Below are positions 9,139 to 18,257 of a stretch of DNA of 64,000 bases, piece after piece. This DNA is from Eubacteriales bacterium (GTDB lineage Bacteria > Bacillota > Clostridia > Oscillospirales > CAG-272). The first letter of the stretch is position 1, and the number at the start of each line of letters is the position of its first letter. The stretch lies in the NCBI GenBank assembly GCA_045633405.1, contig JAZQYD010000079.1, positions 456-64,455 on the forward strand, read 5' to 3'. The position numbers and the translations under genes were made by a program. Below the pieces are notes generated by a model. It did no database searches. It saw only the letters and a program-made list of their open reading frames with translations, and was not told the origin of the DNA.

Positions 9139-11487
9139 ATGAATTCTATTAAGAAGCTATTAGCTCTCCTTCTCATCCTTGCGATGTCTCTCACTATGCT
9201 ATTCTCATGCGACATACAGCTCGGCGGAGACGGTAACAAGGATGACAGCACAAATACAGGCGATACAGGCAACAACGGCGGTGGGCAGAGTAAGAAACAG
9301 CTCTCCATACCCAAGGTAACTCTCACCGACTCGACCGTTACCTGGCTCCCCGTTGAAGGTGCGGTAGGATACGAGGTATCCGTAGACGGCACCATTTTAT
9401 CTCTCTCGGCAGGTCAGCTCTACTACTTTGCAGGCAGTGATTGCACGGTAATGGTTCGTGCCGTAGGAGACGGAGTAACGACTACCACCAGCTATTGGTC
9501 CACTGTAATAACGATAGAGGTCGATATTCCCTCCCTCCCCACCCCTAACGTATCTGTTTCGGACGGTTATGCCGTATGGGATGCGATCGACGGTGCTACC
9601 GGATACGAGATCGATATGGACGGTGAGACAACCTGGCTTGACGCCACCATAACCTCCTTCGAGATCCCCGAGGGTAAGACCATCAGGGTACGTGCGGTAG
9701 GCGACGGACTCTGGTTCCGCTCGAGCGACTGGACACCCAAGATGACCTCAGAGGGAGCCGCCCACGTTCACAGCGATGATGACACCAACAATTTATGCGA
9801 CTCCTGCGGAGTCAGCGTAATCATAACGGTAGACTTCTACGCTATCAACGACCTCCACGGTAAGTTCTGCGACACCGACAAGCAGCCCGGAGTCGATGAG
9901 CTCGGCACGTACCTCTCAAATGCCAAGAAGACCGACGATTACACCGTATTCCTTTCCTCGGGAGATATGTGGCAGGGCTCTGCTGAGTCCAACCTCACCG
10001 GCGGTATCATCCTCACGGAGTGGATGAACGAGATGGGATTCGTCTCCATGACTCTCGGTAACCACGAGTTTGACTGGGGCGAGGAGAGGATCAAGAGCAA
10101 CCTCGCTGTGGCGAATTTCCCCTTCCTTGCTATCAATATATACTATGACGATACAAACGAGAGAGTAGACTACTGCCAGCCCTCCATTATGATCGATCTC
10201 GGCGACGTACAGATCGGTATCATCGGTGCAATAGGCGACTGCTACTCCTCCATCTCGGCTGACAGAGTCGAGGGCATACACTTCAAGACGGGTGACGCTC
10301 TCAAGTCACTTGTAAAGGCGGAGGCAAACCGTCTCAGAGACTACGGTGCAGACTTCATCGTCTACTCCATCCACGATGGCGACACCGACACTGCGGGCCT
10401 CCAGGGCTACATCGATATCGTGTTCGAGGGTCATACTCACAGTGCATACAAGAGAGTTGACTCCTACGGCATCCACCACCTTCAGGGTGGCGGAGAGAAT
10501 AACGGTATCACCCACGCAGAGATATCCATCAACTCGGTAAACGGAAATTACGTTGTCAACACCTCCGAGGTTGTCGGCAGCAGCACCTACTCCTCCCTCG
10601 AGGACGATCCTAAGACCGAGGCTATCGAGGAGAAGTACAGAGACGTTATCACCAACGCGTACGCACCTCTCGGCAACGTTACCACCCCAATGTCCGACAG
10701 TGAGGTTGAGGATTACGTAGCAGGTCTCTACCTCGAGGCTGCTATTGCCAAGTGGGGCAGTCAGTACAACATCGTCCTCGGCGGCGGATTTTTGAAGACA
10801 AGATCACCCTACAACCTCTCGTCGGGAAGCATAGCCTATTCGGACGTCCTATCGCTCTTCCCCTTCGATAACAGACTCGTCCTCTGCTCGATAAAGGGAA
10901 GCACCCTGAAGAGCAGATTCATAAATCCCTCGGGCGACTATCACACCGCCCTCTCCGAGTACGGAAAGAGTATACAGAACAGCATCAGCGACAGTGCGAC
11001 CTACTACGTTATAGTTGACACCTACACCCAGCTCTATAAGGCTAACAACCTCACGGTAGTCGAATACTATGATAATGACGTCTACGCACGCGACCTTCTT
11101 GCTAATGCAATAAAGGAAGGAAGGCTCGGCAATTCCGTCGACCACGGCGATAATTACACCCTCACAGAGATATCCGAGCTTCTAGAGATAGGCTCAGGTC
11201 TTGCACAGGGTGCCGAGACGAGCGAATACTACTACGTGAAGGGCACCGTAACCTCGATCGCAAACTCGACCTACGGCAATCTTTATATCGAGGACGAGAA
11301 CGGCAATTCCATCTACGTGTACGGCGTGTACGATACGGCAGGCAACAGATATGACTCTATGACGAGCAAGATTCAGGTGGGTGACACAATTGTCCTCTAC
11401 TCGAAGCTCTTGCATTATTATAATGCTACGTACGGCACGGATATGCTCGAATTAAAGAATGCAACTTACATAAAAACGGTAAACTGA
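9139..11487 (+). CDS. 5'-nucleotidase/metallophosphoesterase lipoprotein with FN3-like repeats and a C-terminal OB-fold
   Basis: Lipobox LFSC. NDLHG, GDMWQG, GNHEFD and GHTH motifs, PFDN 5'-nucleotidase C-domain, two W..V.GA.GYE..VRAVGDG repeats. Confidence 0.85.
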   Translation: MNSIKKLLALLLILAMSLTMLFSCDIQLGGDGNKDDSTNTGDTGNNGGGQSKKQLSIPKVTLTDSTVTWLPVEGAVGYEVSVDGTILSLSAGQLYYFAGSDCTVMVRAVGDGVTTTTSYWSTVITIEVDIPSLPTPNVSVSDGYAVWDAIDGATGYEIDMDGETTWLDATITSFEIPEGKTIRVRAVGDGLWFRSSDWTPKMTSEGAAHVHSDDDTNNLCDSCGVSVIITVDFYAINDLHGKFCDTDKQPGVDELGTYLSNAKKTDDYTVFLSSGDMWQGSAESNLTGGIILTEWMNEMGFVSMTLGNHEFDWGEERIKSNLAVANFPFLAINIYYDDTNERVDYCQPSIMIDLGDVQIGIIGAIGDCYSSISADRVEGIHFKTGDALKSLVKAEANRLRDYGADFIVYSIHDGDTDTAGLQGYIDIVFEGHTHSAYKRVDSYGIHHLQGGGENNGITHAEISINSVNGNYVVNTSEVVGSSTYSSLEDDPKTEAIEEKYRDVITNAYAPLGNVTTPMSDSEVEDYVAGLYLEAAIAKWGSQYNIVLGGGFLKTRSPYNLSSGSIAYSDVLSLFPFDNRLVLCSIKGSTLKSRFINPSGDYHTALSEYGKSIQNSISDSATYYVIVDTYTQLYKANNLTVVEYYDNDVYARDLLANAIKEGRLGNSVDHGDNYTLTEISELLEIGSGLAQGAETSEYYYVKGTVTSIANSTYGNLYIEDENGNSIYVYGVYDTAGNRYDSMTSKIQVGDTIVLYSKLLHYYNATYGTDMLELKNATYIKTVN

Positions 11488-11491
11488 AAAG

Positions 11492-11525
11492 AGAAAAACC
11501 AGAGGCTCTCGCCTCTGGTTTTTCT
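11492..11525. terminator. Bidirectional terminator between convergent genes
   Basis: AGAAAAACCAGAGG-loop-CCTCTGGTTTTTCT. Confidence 0.85.
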
Positions 11526-11539
11526 GTATGTGCAAATGA

Positions 11540-13447
11540 TCAATCTGCGTATTTGTCGAAGGGAGCCTTTACAGTAACGTAATCGGGACCCGTGAGGACA
11601 TCGAACGCATATTCAAATATGATGTTCTCACGCAGGTAGTCTATGGTATAATCCCCTGAAAGCTTCGCACGGTGCTCGGCAACAGCCTTATTGTACGCCT
11701 CTTCGGTCTCATACTTGTCGGGCGTGCATCCGACGTAGGAAAGATAGCTCACAAGAAGCTCGTCAATAAAAGCCTCGTAGAGGGCGGGCATCTCTTCCTC
11801 CGAGGGATATGCATTCTCTGCTCTCATTACGTAATAGAAGACAAGCTGCTGAGTTACAGACTTCTCAGCGATCTTCTTGAGCTCAGCCTTCCAATCAGCA
11901 CCTGCTGAAAGCCCGAGATAGAGCCTTGCAAAATCGTCAAACGAGGGGTAAATGCTCGCATAATAGGCGTGCTGCTGCTTCAGAGTGGCCTCGTATGAAT
12001 CATAGTAAGCATTAACCTCGCTCTCGGGAAGCTTTATCACCTCAGCACAGGATACGTAGTGAGCTAACAGTAAATTTACAACCTCATTCTTTACCGCCTC
12101 ATTATAAGTATCGGTAAGACCTGCGAGTATCCTTGCACGGTACTTCTCCACAAGAGTATCGCCCTTATAATCCTTGAGGCTGTCCTCTGAAAGCCCAAGC
12201 ACGTCAGTAATGAAGGCATCATCTATATCGGCGGGAGAAGCATATCCCGCATCGTAGACCTTGGCGAACTGCACGTAGACGTCGAAGTATACCTTCTTGC
12301 CTCTCAGAGCCTCCGTGTTATAATCGGTGGGGAAATACACCTCTACGGTAATAGGATCATCTCCTACTTCAAATGCACCGTTTATTCCGATATCGTAGTA
12401 TGTAGCTTCCCCCTTCTCCGTTTTTGCGGTAAAGGTGATGGAGGAATTCTTTTCATCTACAAGCTTGGTGCCGATGGGGCGGTCCGAGAGAAGAAATTCA
12501 CGGAAGCCCTCTCCGTATCTTTCGTCTAGAGTCGGGTCGGAGAGATCGATCATCTCAGTTTTGCTCTTGATGACCTCGCCGTCAGGCATAGTGGCACTGT
12601 AAGTGACAGAAACAAGCTGTCTCTCGCTTACAATGCTGAAGGCGGTAAACGTGACAGTCTCATCGTTTCCGTTCTTTTTCACGACCGTCTGATACTCGGT
12701 GCCGTATTTGAAGGTGGCAACGGTGAAAATCTCATAAAATCCATCACCCCATACACTGTCAATCTCATTCTCGCCGAGAGAAAGGTTCACGATTGCAGTA
12801 GCCTTCTCGCTTACAGCGTCACCGCTTGTTACGGTATATACGATAAATATCTTATCATCCTTACCGATCTCACCTCTAGAGGTATCGATGACGAGCGAGG
12901 AGTGCTCCGACGGCTTCTTGCCTATAAGCTCGAGCTCAAAGCCCACGATGAACGAGCCTGAGCCGATACCGAGGTCGTACAGAGAGCCCATGAAATTGCA
13001 TCCGCCGTCAAATTCAACCTTGCGTCCGCTCTCAAGGGTGTAGCCTCTGTAAAATATAGAAACCACGTCTCCCGCGGTAATGATATAGTCATCTCCCGCA
13101 TTAGTCGACTGGAGAGATCTCTTACTGTAAAGATCCTTAAGTATCGCCTGCTCCACGTCGATTTGCTCGATGGGATCGGTATTAACCTCGGCGAGAAAAT
13201 CCTTGTATCCCGAAACCGTCAAGAACTGAGAGAGATCCTCCTTCATATAGTCAAGGGTCTCGTCCTTATCTTCTTCACCGCCATCAGGGGTGCCGTCATC
13301 CTTGTTGTCGTCCGAGTCTCCGTTGCCGTTATCCTTATTCGAGCTGTCATCCTGAGTATCAGGGTCATCCTTAGTACATGACACAAGGGTGAGTGTTATT
13401 CCGAGAGTGATCAGAATAGCCAGCATGAGGCTGATAATCTTCTTCAT
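11540..13447 (-). CDS. Exported trigger-factor-like FKBP PPIase/chaperone lipoprotein (paralog 1)
   Basis: Lipobox LVSC. FDGG...LGIGSGSFIVGFE and FPTDY...LRGKKVYFDV motifs, helical TF C-domain (LPESEV). No ribosome-binding domain. Confidence 0.8.
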   Translation of the reverse strand: MKKIISLMLAILITLGITLTLVSCTKDDPDTQDDSSNKDNGNGDSDDNKDDGTPDGGEEDKDETLDYMKEDLSQFLTVSGYKDFLAEVNTDPIEQIDVEQAILKDLYSKRSLQSTNAGDDYIITAGDVVSIFYRGYTLESGRKVEFDGGCNFMGSLYDLGIGSGSFIVGFELELIGKKPSEHSSLVIDTSRGEIGKDDKIFIVYTVTSGDAVSEKATAIVNLSLGENEIDSVWGDGFYEIFTVATFKYGTEYQTVVKKNGNDETVTFTAFSIVSERQLVSVTYSATMPDGEVIKSKTEMIDLSDPTLDERYGEGFREFLLSDRPIGTKLVDEKNSSITFTAKTEKGEATYYDIGINGAFEVGDDPITVEVYFPTDYNTEALRGKKVYFDVYVQFAKVYDAGYASPADIDDAFITDVLGLSEDSLKDYKGDTLVEKYRARILAGLTDTYNEAVKNEVVNLLLAHYVSCAEVIKLPESEVNAYYDSYEATLKQQHAYYASIYPSFDDFARLYLGLSAGADWKAELKKIAEKSVTQQLVFYYVMRAENAYPSEEEMPALYEAFIDELLVSYLSYVGCTPDKYETEEAYNKAVAEHRAKLSGDYTIDYLRENIIFEYAFDVLTGPDYVTVKAPFDKYAD

Positions 13448-13538
13448 TTTTATCTCCGTTTCCCGACGTGACGAGACTCATCCCGACTCCGCCGCACAAT
13501 TTTTTCACGCACGTGCGTGTATTATATATACTATATTT

Positions 13539-13567
13539 ATTTTATTATCAATTATATAAAAAGTCAA
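13539..13567 (-). promoter_or_regulatory. sigma-A promoter of TF-like paralog 1
   Basis: TTGACT-17-TAAAAT on the minus strand. Confidence 0.55.
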
Positions 13568-13599
13568 GTGTTTATATATACTAATTCTTTATATAAAAC

Positions 13600-13627
13600 A
13601 AGAGACCCCCGTGTAAGAGGGTCTCTT
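13600..13627 (-). terminator. Intrinsic terminator after TF-like paralog 2
   Basis: AAGAGACCC...GGGTCTCTT stem. Confidence 0.7.
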
Positions 13628-13645
13628 TAGACATTGTGATTTATA

Positions 13646-15604
13646 TTATTCTGCGTACTTATCCGAGGGAGCCTTTACGGTAACGTAATCGGGGCCGGAA
13701 AGCTTCTCGAATGCGTACTCATAAACGATATTGTCACGGAAGTAGTCCTCGCCGTAATACGAAGCGAACTGCTCACGGTACTCAGCGACAGCCTTCTCGT
13801 ACTCCTCGGTGGTGTCGTACTTATCGGGCTTGCAGTCGATGTTACCGAGATACTGCTCGAAGACCTTATTAAACTCCTTCTCATAACGGATCTTGAACTC
13901 AGCGTCGGGAATATACGCATTCTCTGCTCTGACAACAGAATAGAATACAAGCTTCTGAGTTACAGCCTCCTCTGCGATCTTCTGAAGCTCAGCCTTCCAG
14001 TCTGCATTAGTCGAAAGCTGGAGGTAAGCTCTTGCGAATGCATCGATAGTGCCGTAGTAGGAGGAGTACTGTGCGTACTGACTCTCAATGTCAGCGTAGT
14101 ACTGATCGTAGTAAGCCTGAACCTCGCTCTCGGGAAGCTTCTCGACCTTAGCACACTTAACGTAGTGCTGAAGAAGTGCGTTGTAGAGAGTATCCCTCTT
14201 GGTCTGCTCATAGGTTTCGATGAGTCCCTTAAGGGTCTTATCACGGTATTTCTCCGTAAGAGTCTCACCCTCGTAATCCTTAAGATCCTCTGCAGTGAGC
14301 TTAAGAACCTCGGTGATGTAAGCATCATCAATATCAGCGGGAGTGTTGTACTCGGACTTGAAGTCATAAATTACAAGCTCGGTGATGTAAACGTCGAAGA
14401 ACGCCTTCTTGCCTCTGAGATCCTCAGCGGTGTAATCGGTGGGGAACATAACCTCGACAGTAAGAGGATTGTCGCCGATAGTGAAGGTCTTATCTACCGT
14501 GATATCGAAGAAGCTGTTCTTGCCCTCGTTATCACCGTCCTTGGTAACGGTATTAAGCTTAGCCGCTACGTTCTTCTCATCAACAGCCTTGATGCCGATC
14601 GGAACACCGGAAAGGAAGAAATCACGGAAGCCCTCGCCGTACTTGGTATCAAGGTCGGGGTCGGAGAGGTCGATCATTGCACTCTTTCCCTGAACGATAT
14701 CGCCGTTAGCCATGAATGCACTGTACTTAACGGAGATGAGCTGGTTTTCACCAACAACACGGTACGCCTTAAGAGTAACGGTCTCGGCACCGTTATCGGT
14801 CTCTACGCCGATCTTGTACTCCTGGCCGTAGTATCTGGTCTCCTCGGTAAGACCTGCATAGAAGAGAGTTCCCCAGGTCTCATCGATCTTATCCTTTCCA
14901 AGCGAAAGATCAACCACTGCGGTAGCAGTTGCGGTCGAAACCTTATCAACAGTCTTGGAGTAAACGATGAATATCTTATCATCCTTACCGATCTTACCCG
15001 TGCTGGAGTTAGCGGTGAAGGAGGAGTAATCAGAGGGCTTCTTGCCAAGAAGGCCAAGCTCAAAGCCAACGATGAACGAGCCCGAGCCGATACCGAGATC
15101 GGTAGGTGTGCCGGTGAAGTTACATCCGCCGTCGAAGTAAACCTTCTCGCCGTTCTCAACGGTGTAGCCTCTGTAATAGATCTTAGCTATGTCACCTGCG
15201 GTAACGGGTACGTTGAGGTAGTTTGCACCGTTGTTGTAGGGCTTATCAGCTCTGTTCTGATAAAGAACCTTAAGAAGTGCTTGCTCTACGTCGATATCCT
15301 CAACGGGATCGGTATTGACCTCTATCTCGAAGCCCTTATATCCCGATACGGTAACGTACTTGGAAAGATCATCTTCCAAATAGTCAAAGGTCTGATTCTT
15401 CTTCGACGATACGATAACACCGATGATTATGCTGGCTACTATGCCGATAACAGCGATGATAGCGAACACGATGAGGAAGATCTCAGTTCCGCTTTTCTTT
15501 TTCTTTTCCTTAGCGGCGGGAGCCTTAGCCTTCGCCGATGTGTTAGCCTGAGGAGCACTCTGGCCATTTTTGTTCTTGTTCTTGTTGTTGATATTTCCGC
15601 CCAT
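13646..15604 (-). CDS. Membrane-anchored trigger-factor-like FKBP PPIase/chaperone (paralog 2)
   Basis: Basic N-terminal tail plus TM helix. YVTVSGYKG, FDGG, GSGSFIVGFE, FPTDY, LRGKKAFFDV. Colinear with paralog 1. Confidence 0.8.
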   Translation of the reverse strand: MGGNINNKNKNKNGQSAPQANTSAKAKAPAAKEKKKKSGTEIFLIVFAIIAVIGIVASIIIGVIVSSKKNQTFDYLEDDLSKYVTVSGYKGFEIEVNTDPVEDIDVEQALLKVLYQNRADKPYNNGANYLNVPVTAGDIAKIYYRGYTVENGEKVYFDGGCNFTGTPTDLGIGSGSFIVGFELGLLGKKPSDYSSFTANSSTGKIGKDDKIFIVYSKTVDKVSTATATAVVDLSLGKDKIDETWGTLFYAGLTEETRYYGQEYKIGVETDNGAETVTLKAYRVVGENQLISVKYSAFMANGDIVQGKSAMIDLSDPDLDTKYGEGFRDFFLSGVPIGIKAVDEKNVAAKLNTVTKDGDNEGKNSFFDITVDKTFTIGDNPLTVEVMFPTDYTAEDLRGKKAFFDVYITELVIYDFKSEYNTPADIDDAYITEVLKLTAEDLKDYEGETLTEKYRDKTLKGLIETYEQTKRDTLYNALLQHYVKCAKVEKLPESEVQAYYDQYYADIESQYAQYSSYYGTIDAFARAYLQLSTNADWKAELQKIAEEAVTQKLVFYSVVRAENAYIPDAEFKIRYEKEFNKVFEQYLGNIDCKPDKYDTTEEYEKAVAEYREQFASYYGEDYFRDNIVYEYAFEKLSGPDYVTVKAPSDKYAE

Positions 15605-15625
15605 ATGCGGCTATCCTCCGTAATT

Positions 15626-16063
15626 TTAGTCTTGGAATGAGTCGGCGAATGACGTTGCGAGTGCATCGCACCTCTCATTGTAGCTATGTCCGTTATGTCC
15701 CTTCACCCACACGAAGGTTACCTCGTGCTCGGAAACAAGGTCATAAAGCCTTGCCCACAGGTCGGGATTCTTTAACTCTGCCTTGCCGCGGCGCCATCCA
15801 CGCTCACGCCAACCGTATACCCACCCCTCGTTAAAGGCATCTACGATATATTTCGAATCGGAGTAAAGCGTTACCGAGCACTTCTCACGAAGAGCCTCAA
15901 GGCCCGATATTGCCGCCATAAGCTCCATACGGTTGTTGGTGGTCTCACGCTCGCCGCCCGAAAGCTCCTTTTCATAGCTTCCCCAGACGAGGATTGCACC
16001 CCATCCGCCATGCCCGGGATTACCTCGGCAGGCACCGTCGGTGTACAAGCAAATCTCCTTCAT
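15626..16063 (-). CDS. rnhA: Ribonuclease HI
   Basis: YTDGACRGNPG, TTNNRMEL, DSKY, WVKGH, NERCD. Confidence 0.95.
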   Translation of the reverse strand: MKEICLYTDGACRGNPGHGGWGAILVWGSYEKELSGGERETTNNRMELMAAISGLEALREKCSVTLYSDSKYIVDAFNEGWVYGWRERGWRRGKAELKNPDLWARLYDLVSEHEVTFVWVKGHNGHSYNERCDALATSFADSFQD

Positions 16064-16098
16064 ACCGTAAATCTCCTTAAAGGGTAGCATTTGTCTAA

Positions 16099-16135
16099 AA
16101 GGACTAACCCGGGAGATATCCTCAGGTCAGTCCTT
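16099..16135 (-). terminator. Intrinsic terminator after TF-like paralog 3
   Basis: AAGGACTGACC...GGTTAGTCCTTTT on the minus strand. Confidence 0.7.
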
Positions 16136-16172
16136 GAAAGTTCATAAGCTTTTATTTGTGCTATAAACCGCT

Positions 16173-18095
16173 TTATTCCTCTTCAGTCTTGAAGGAATAC
16201 TTGACGTGCTTGAAGACAAGCTTAACGCCATCGTTCTCGCCTCTCTCAAGGAGATAGTTGAAGATGTTGTCAAATACAAGTGCGGGCATATAGTCATTCT
16301 CGGTGAAGTTGTCACCGTACTGATACTCAAGGAGCCAATAGCCGCCCTGAAGCTTGAACTCTTCCTTCTGATCCTTGCTTACCGAAAGATCAACGCTGTC
16401 CAACGCCTCCTTAAGAACGTATACAAAAACAACGTCACGTACAGCCTGCTCGGCCTTAGCAGTGATCTGCTTCTTAACGTCATCGATGGACTTAGCAGAG
16501 GGATACTTGGTCATGAGGAATGCCTCATAGTCACCGCCGTAGTACTTATAGTTGGTCACAGCCTCCTCGTCGGTGGATCCGGATGTAGAGCTGCTCGTCT
16601 TGTTGCCGGTGTAGAACTCAAGCTTGTGAGCATTCTCGATACGCTCGTAAGCCTGCTTAACAGCCTTCTTGGGAAGAACTGCATTTCCGTCCTCGGTCTT
16701 GTAGGTGATGTACTGCTTAGCAAGTGCGAAGATCTCAGTAGCGATGCTCTTAACAATTGCCTGCTCGTAAGCTACCTCAAGTCCGTAGTAGATGTAATCG
16801 TAGAGTCCCTTAACAAGAGCCTCCTTAACGTCTTCACCCTTATCGTTGGTGCAAGCAAGGATCTTATCGGTGGTCTCCTTAACCTTAGCCTTAGCAGCCT
16901 CGGTAGCAGCCTTCGCATCCTCGAGTGCCTGCTTCTCAGCTTCGGTAGCGTTCTGGCCTGCCTTGGTTACAACAGACTGAGCATCAGACTGGGTCTTCTC
17001 GGCAGTGGTGAGCTCCTTGCGGTTCTCAATAAGAGTGTTTACAAGGTCAAGAAGAGTGGTATCGCCGTTCTTGAAGCCTGCATCAAGAGCCGCGAATACG
17101 TACTTGGTAGAATCGGTTACACGGCTGTCAGTAGCTATGAGATTGGTATAGTAATTCTCGAGAACGAACTCAACAGTAGGAGTCTCGGGAATGTCGATTG
17201 CATATACGGGGAAGATGTGGTAGGTGAGCTCAACGTCCTTAAGATCAAAATCCTTACCCTCAAGGTTCTTAGCCGTAATAGTAGCGGTGGGCTTGTAGGT
17301 AACGGTACCGATCTCGTTCTCGCTATTAACGAGCCAGTGGATCGTGATGTTCGAGTACTCCTGCTTGTCACCCTCAGTGCCGAACTCGAAGGTATCGGGA
17401 AGAGCGGTGGTGCTTACGGTCTTACCGATAAGCTTGCCGGCAAGGCTCTCAGCACCCTCGGCAAGAACGATTCTGTCATAAGAAACGGTAGAGGTGTTAG
17501 TGCTGACTGCACCCTCTGCATCGGTAGAGGTAACCTTCTTGGTGTAGGAAACGTAGATAACGTCGCCTGCCTTGAGAAGGCTCTCGTTTACGTCCTCGGT
17601 CTCAGTGTTATCCTTAAGCTCGGTAGAGGTGGAGTAGAGGTAGTCCTTAATATCCTTACCGCAAACAAGCGTTGCGATAAGCTGCTCATACTCCTTAAGG
17701 GTAGAGAGTCCGATCTGGAGACTTGTTGCCTTAGCCTCTTCCATAGAGGAAGCGTAGAACAAGTGGTTCTCACCATCGATCACTGCGGTAACGTAGTAGC
17801 AGTAGTAGAGCACGTCATAGGTGCCTATTGTACCCTCGGTGAACTTTGCATCCGTTCCGGTCTTCTTTGCGATTTCGGCAAAAATCTTATCGCTAACCTT
17901 GTCCTCTCTTACTTCAGGATCTGCAGTGAAATCAGCATCGGTGATCTCGAGATTCTGGAGAGCCTCAAGGAACTTTGCCTTGTCAAATGTCGCGTACTTG
18001 CTCATATCATCACGCTCGTACTTGTAAGCACAGCTTGCCAATACGACCACGGATAAAGCAACGACAAGAATTAAACTGATAATTCTCTTCATCAT
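16173..18095 (-). CDS. Divergent trigger-factor-like lipoprotein (paralog 3) with a coiled-coil insert
   Basis: Lipobox LASC. Degenerate FKBP-like segments (YDVLYYCY, AGDVIYVSY...LIGKTV), TF-C-like tail (LPKKAVKQAY...AEQAVRD), Ala/Lys/Glu helical insert. Confidence 0.6.
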   Translation of the reverse strand: MMKRIISLILVVALSVVVLASCAYKYERDDMSKYATFDKAKFLEALQNLEITDADFTADPEVREDKVSDKIFAEIAKKTGTDAKFTEGTIGTYDVLYYCYYVTAVIDGENHLFYASSMEEAKATSLQIGLSTLKEYEQLIATLVCGKDIKDYLYSTSTELKDNTETEDVNESLLKAGDVIYVSYTKKVTSTDAEGAVSTNTSTVSYDRIVLAEGAESLAGKLIGKTVSTTALPDTFEFGTEGDKQEYSNITIHWLVNSENEIGTVTYKPTATITAKNLEGKDFDLKDVELTYHIFPVYAIDIPETPTVEFVLENYYTNLIATDSRVTDSTKYVFAALDAGFKNGDTTLLDLVNTLIENRKELTTAEKTQSDAQSVVTKAGQNATEAEKQALEDAKAATEAAKAKVKETTDKILACTNDKGEDVKEALVKGLYDYIYYGLEVAYEQAIVKSIATEIFALAKQYITYKTEDGNAVLPKKAVKQAYERIENAHKLEFYTGNKTSSSTSGSTDEEAVTNYKYYGGDYEAFLMTKYPSAKSIDDVKKQITAKAEQAVRDVVFVYVLKEALDSVDLSVSKDQKEEFKLQGGYWLLEYQYGDNFTENDYMPALVFDNIFNYLLERGENDGVKLVFKHVKYSFKTEEE

Positions 18096-18174
18096 GTGTT
18101 TTGTCCTCGTAATTTATTTAAATTTTTTTATTATTTTTACTTACAGAAGCGTTCCTTCTGACAGCGTGCATACT

Positions 18175-18203
18175 ATTATACCACAGAACTTGGGAAAATG
18201 CAA
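18175..18203 (-). promoter_or_regulatory. sigma-A promoter of TF-like paralog 3
   Basis: TTGCAT-17-TATAAT with a TG extension on the minus strand. Confidence 0.65.
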
Positions 18204-18257
18204 ATGTTTTTTAAAAATAATTATATTTTTTTAATAAATATTTTTACACTGTCAAAA

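Noticed and set aside
16206-18056. 616-aa antisense ORF (likewise 14165-15640, 19965-20999, 26652-27602, 49064-50446)
   Set aside because: In-register shadows of strongly codon-biased sense genes, with no RBS or recognisable motifs.
11540-18095. Canonical tig gene
   Set aside because: Export signals are present, the ribosome-binding domain is absent, and there is no clpP/clpX context.
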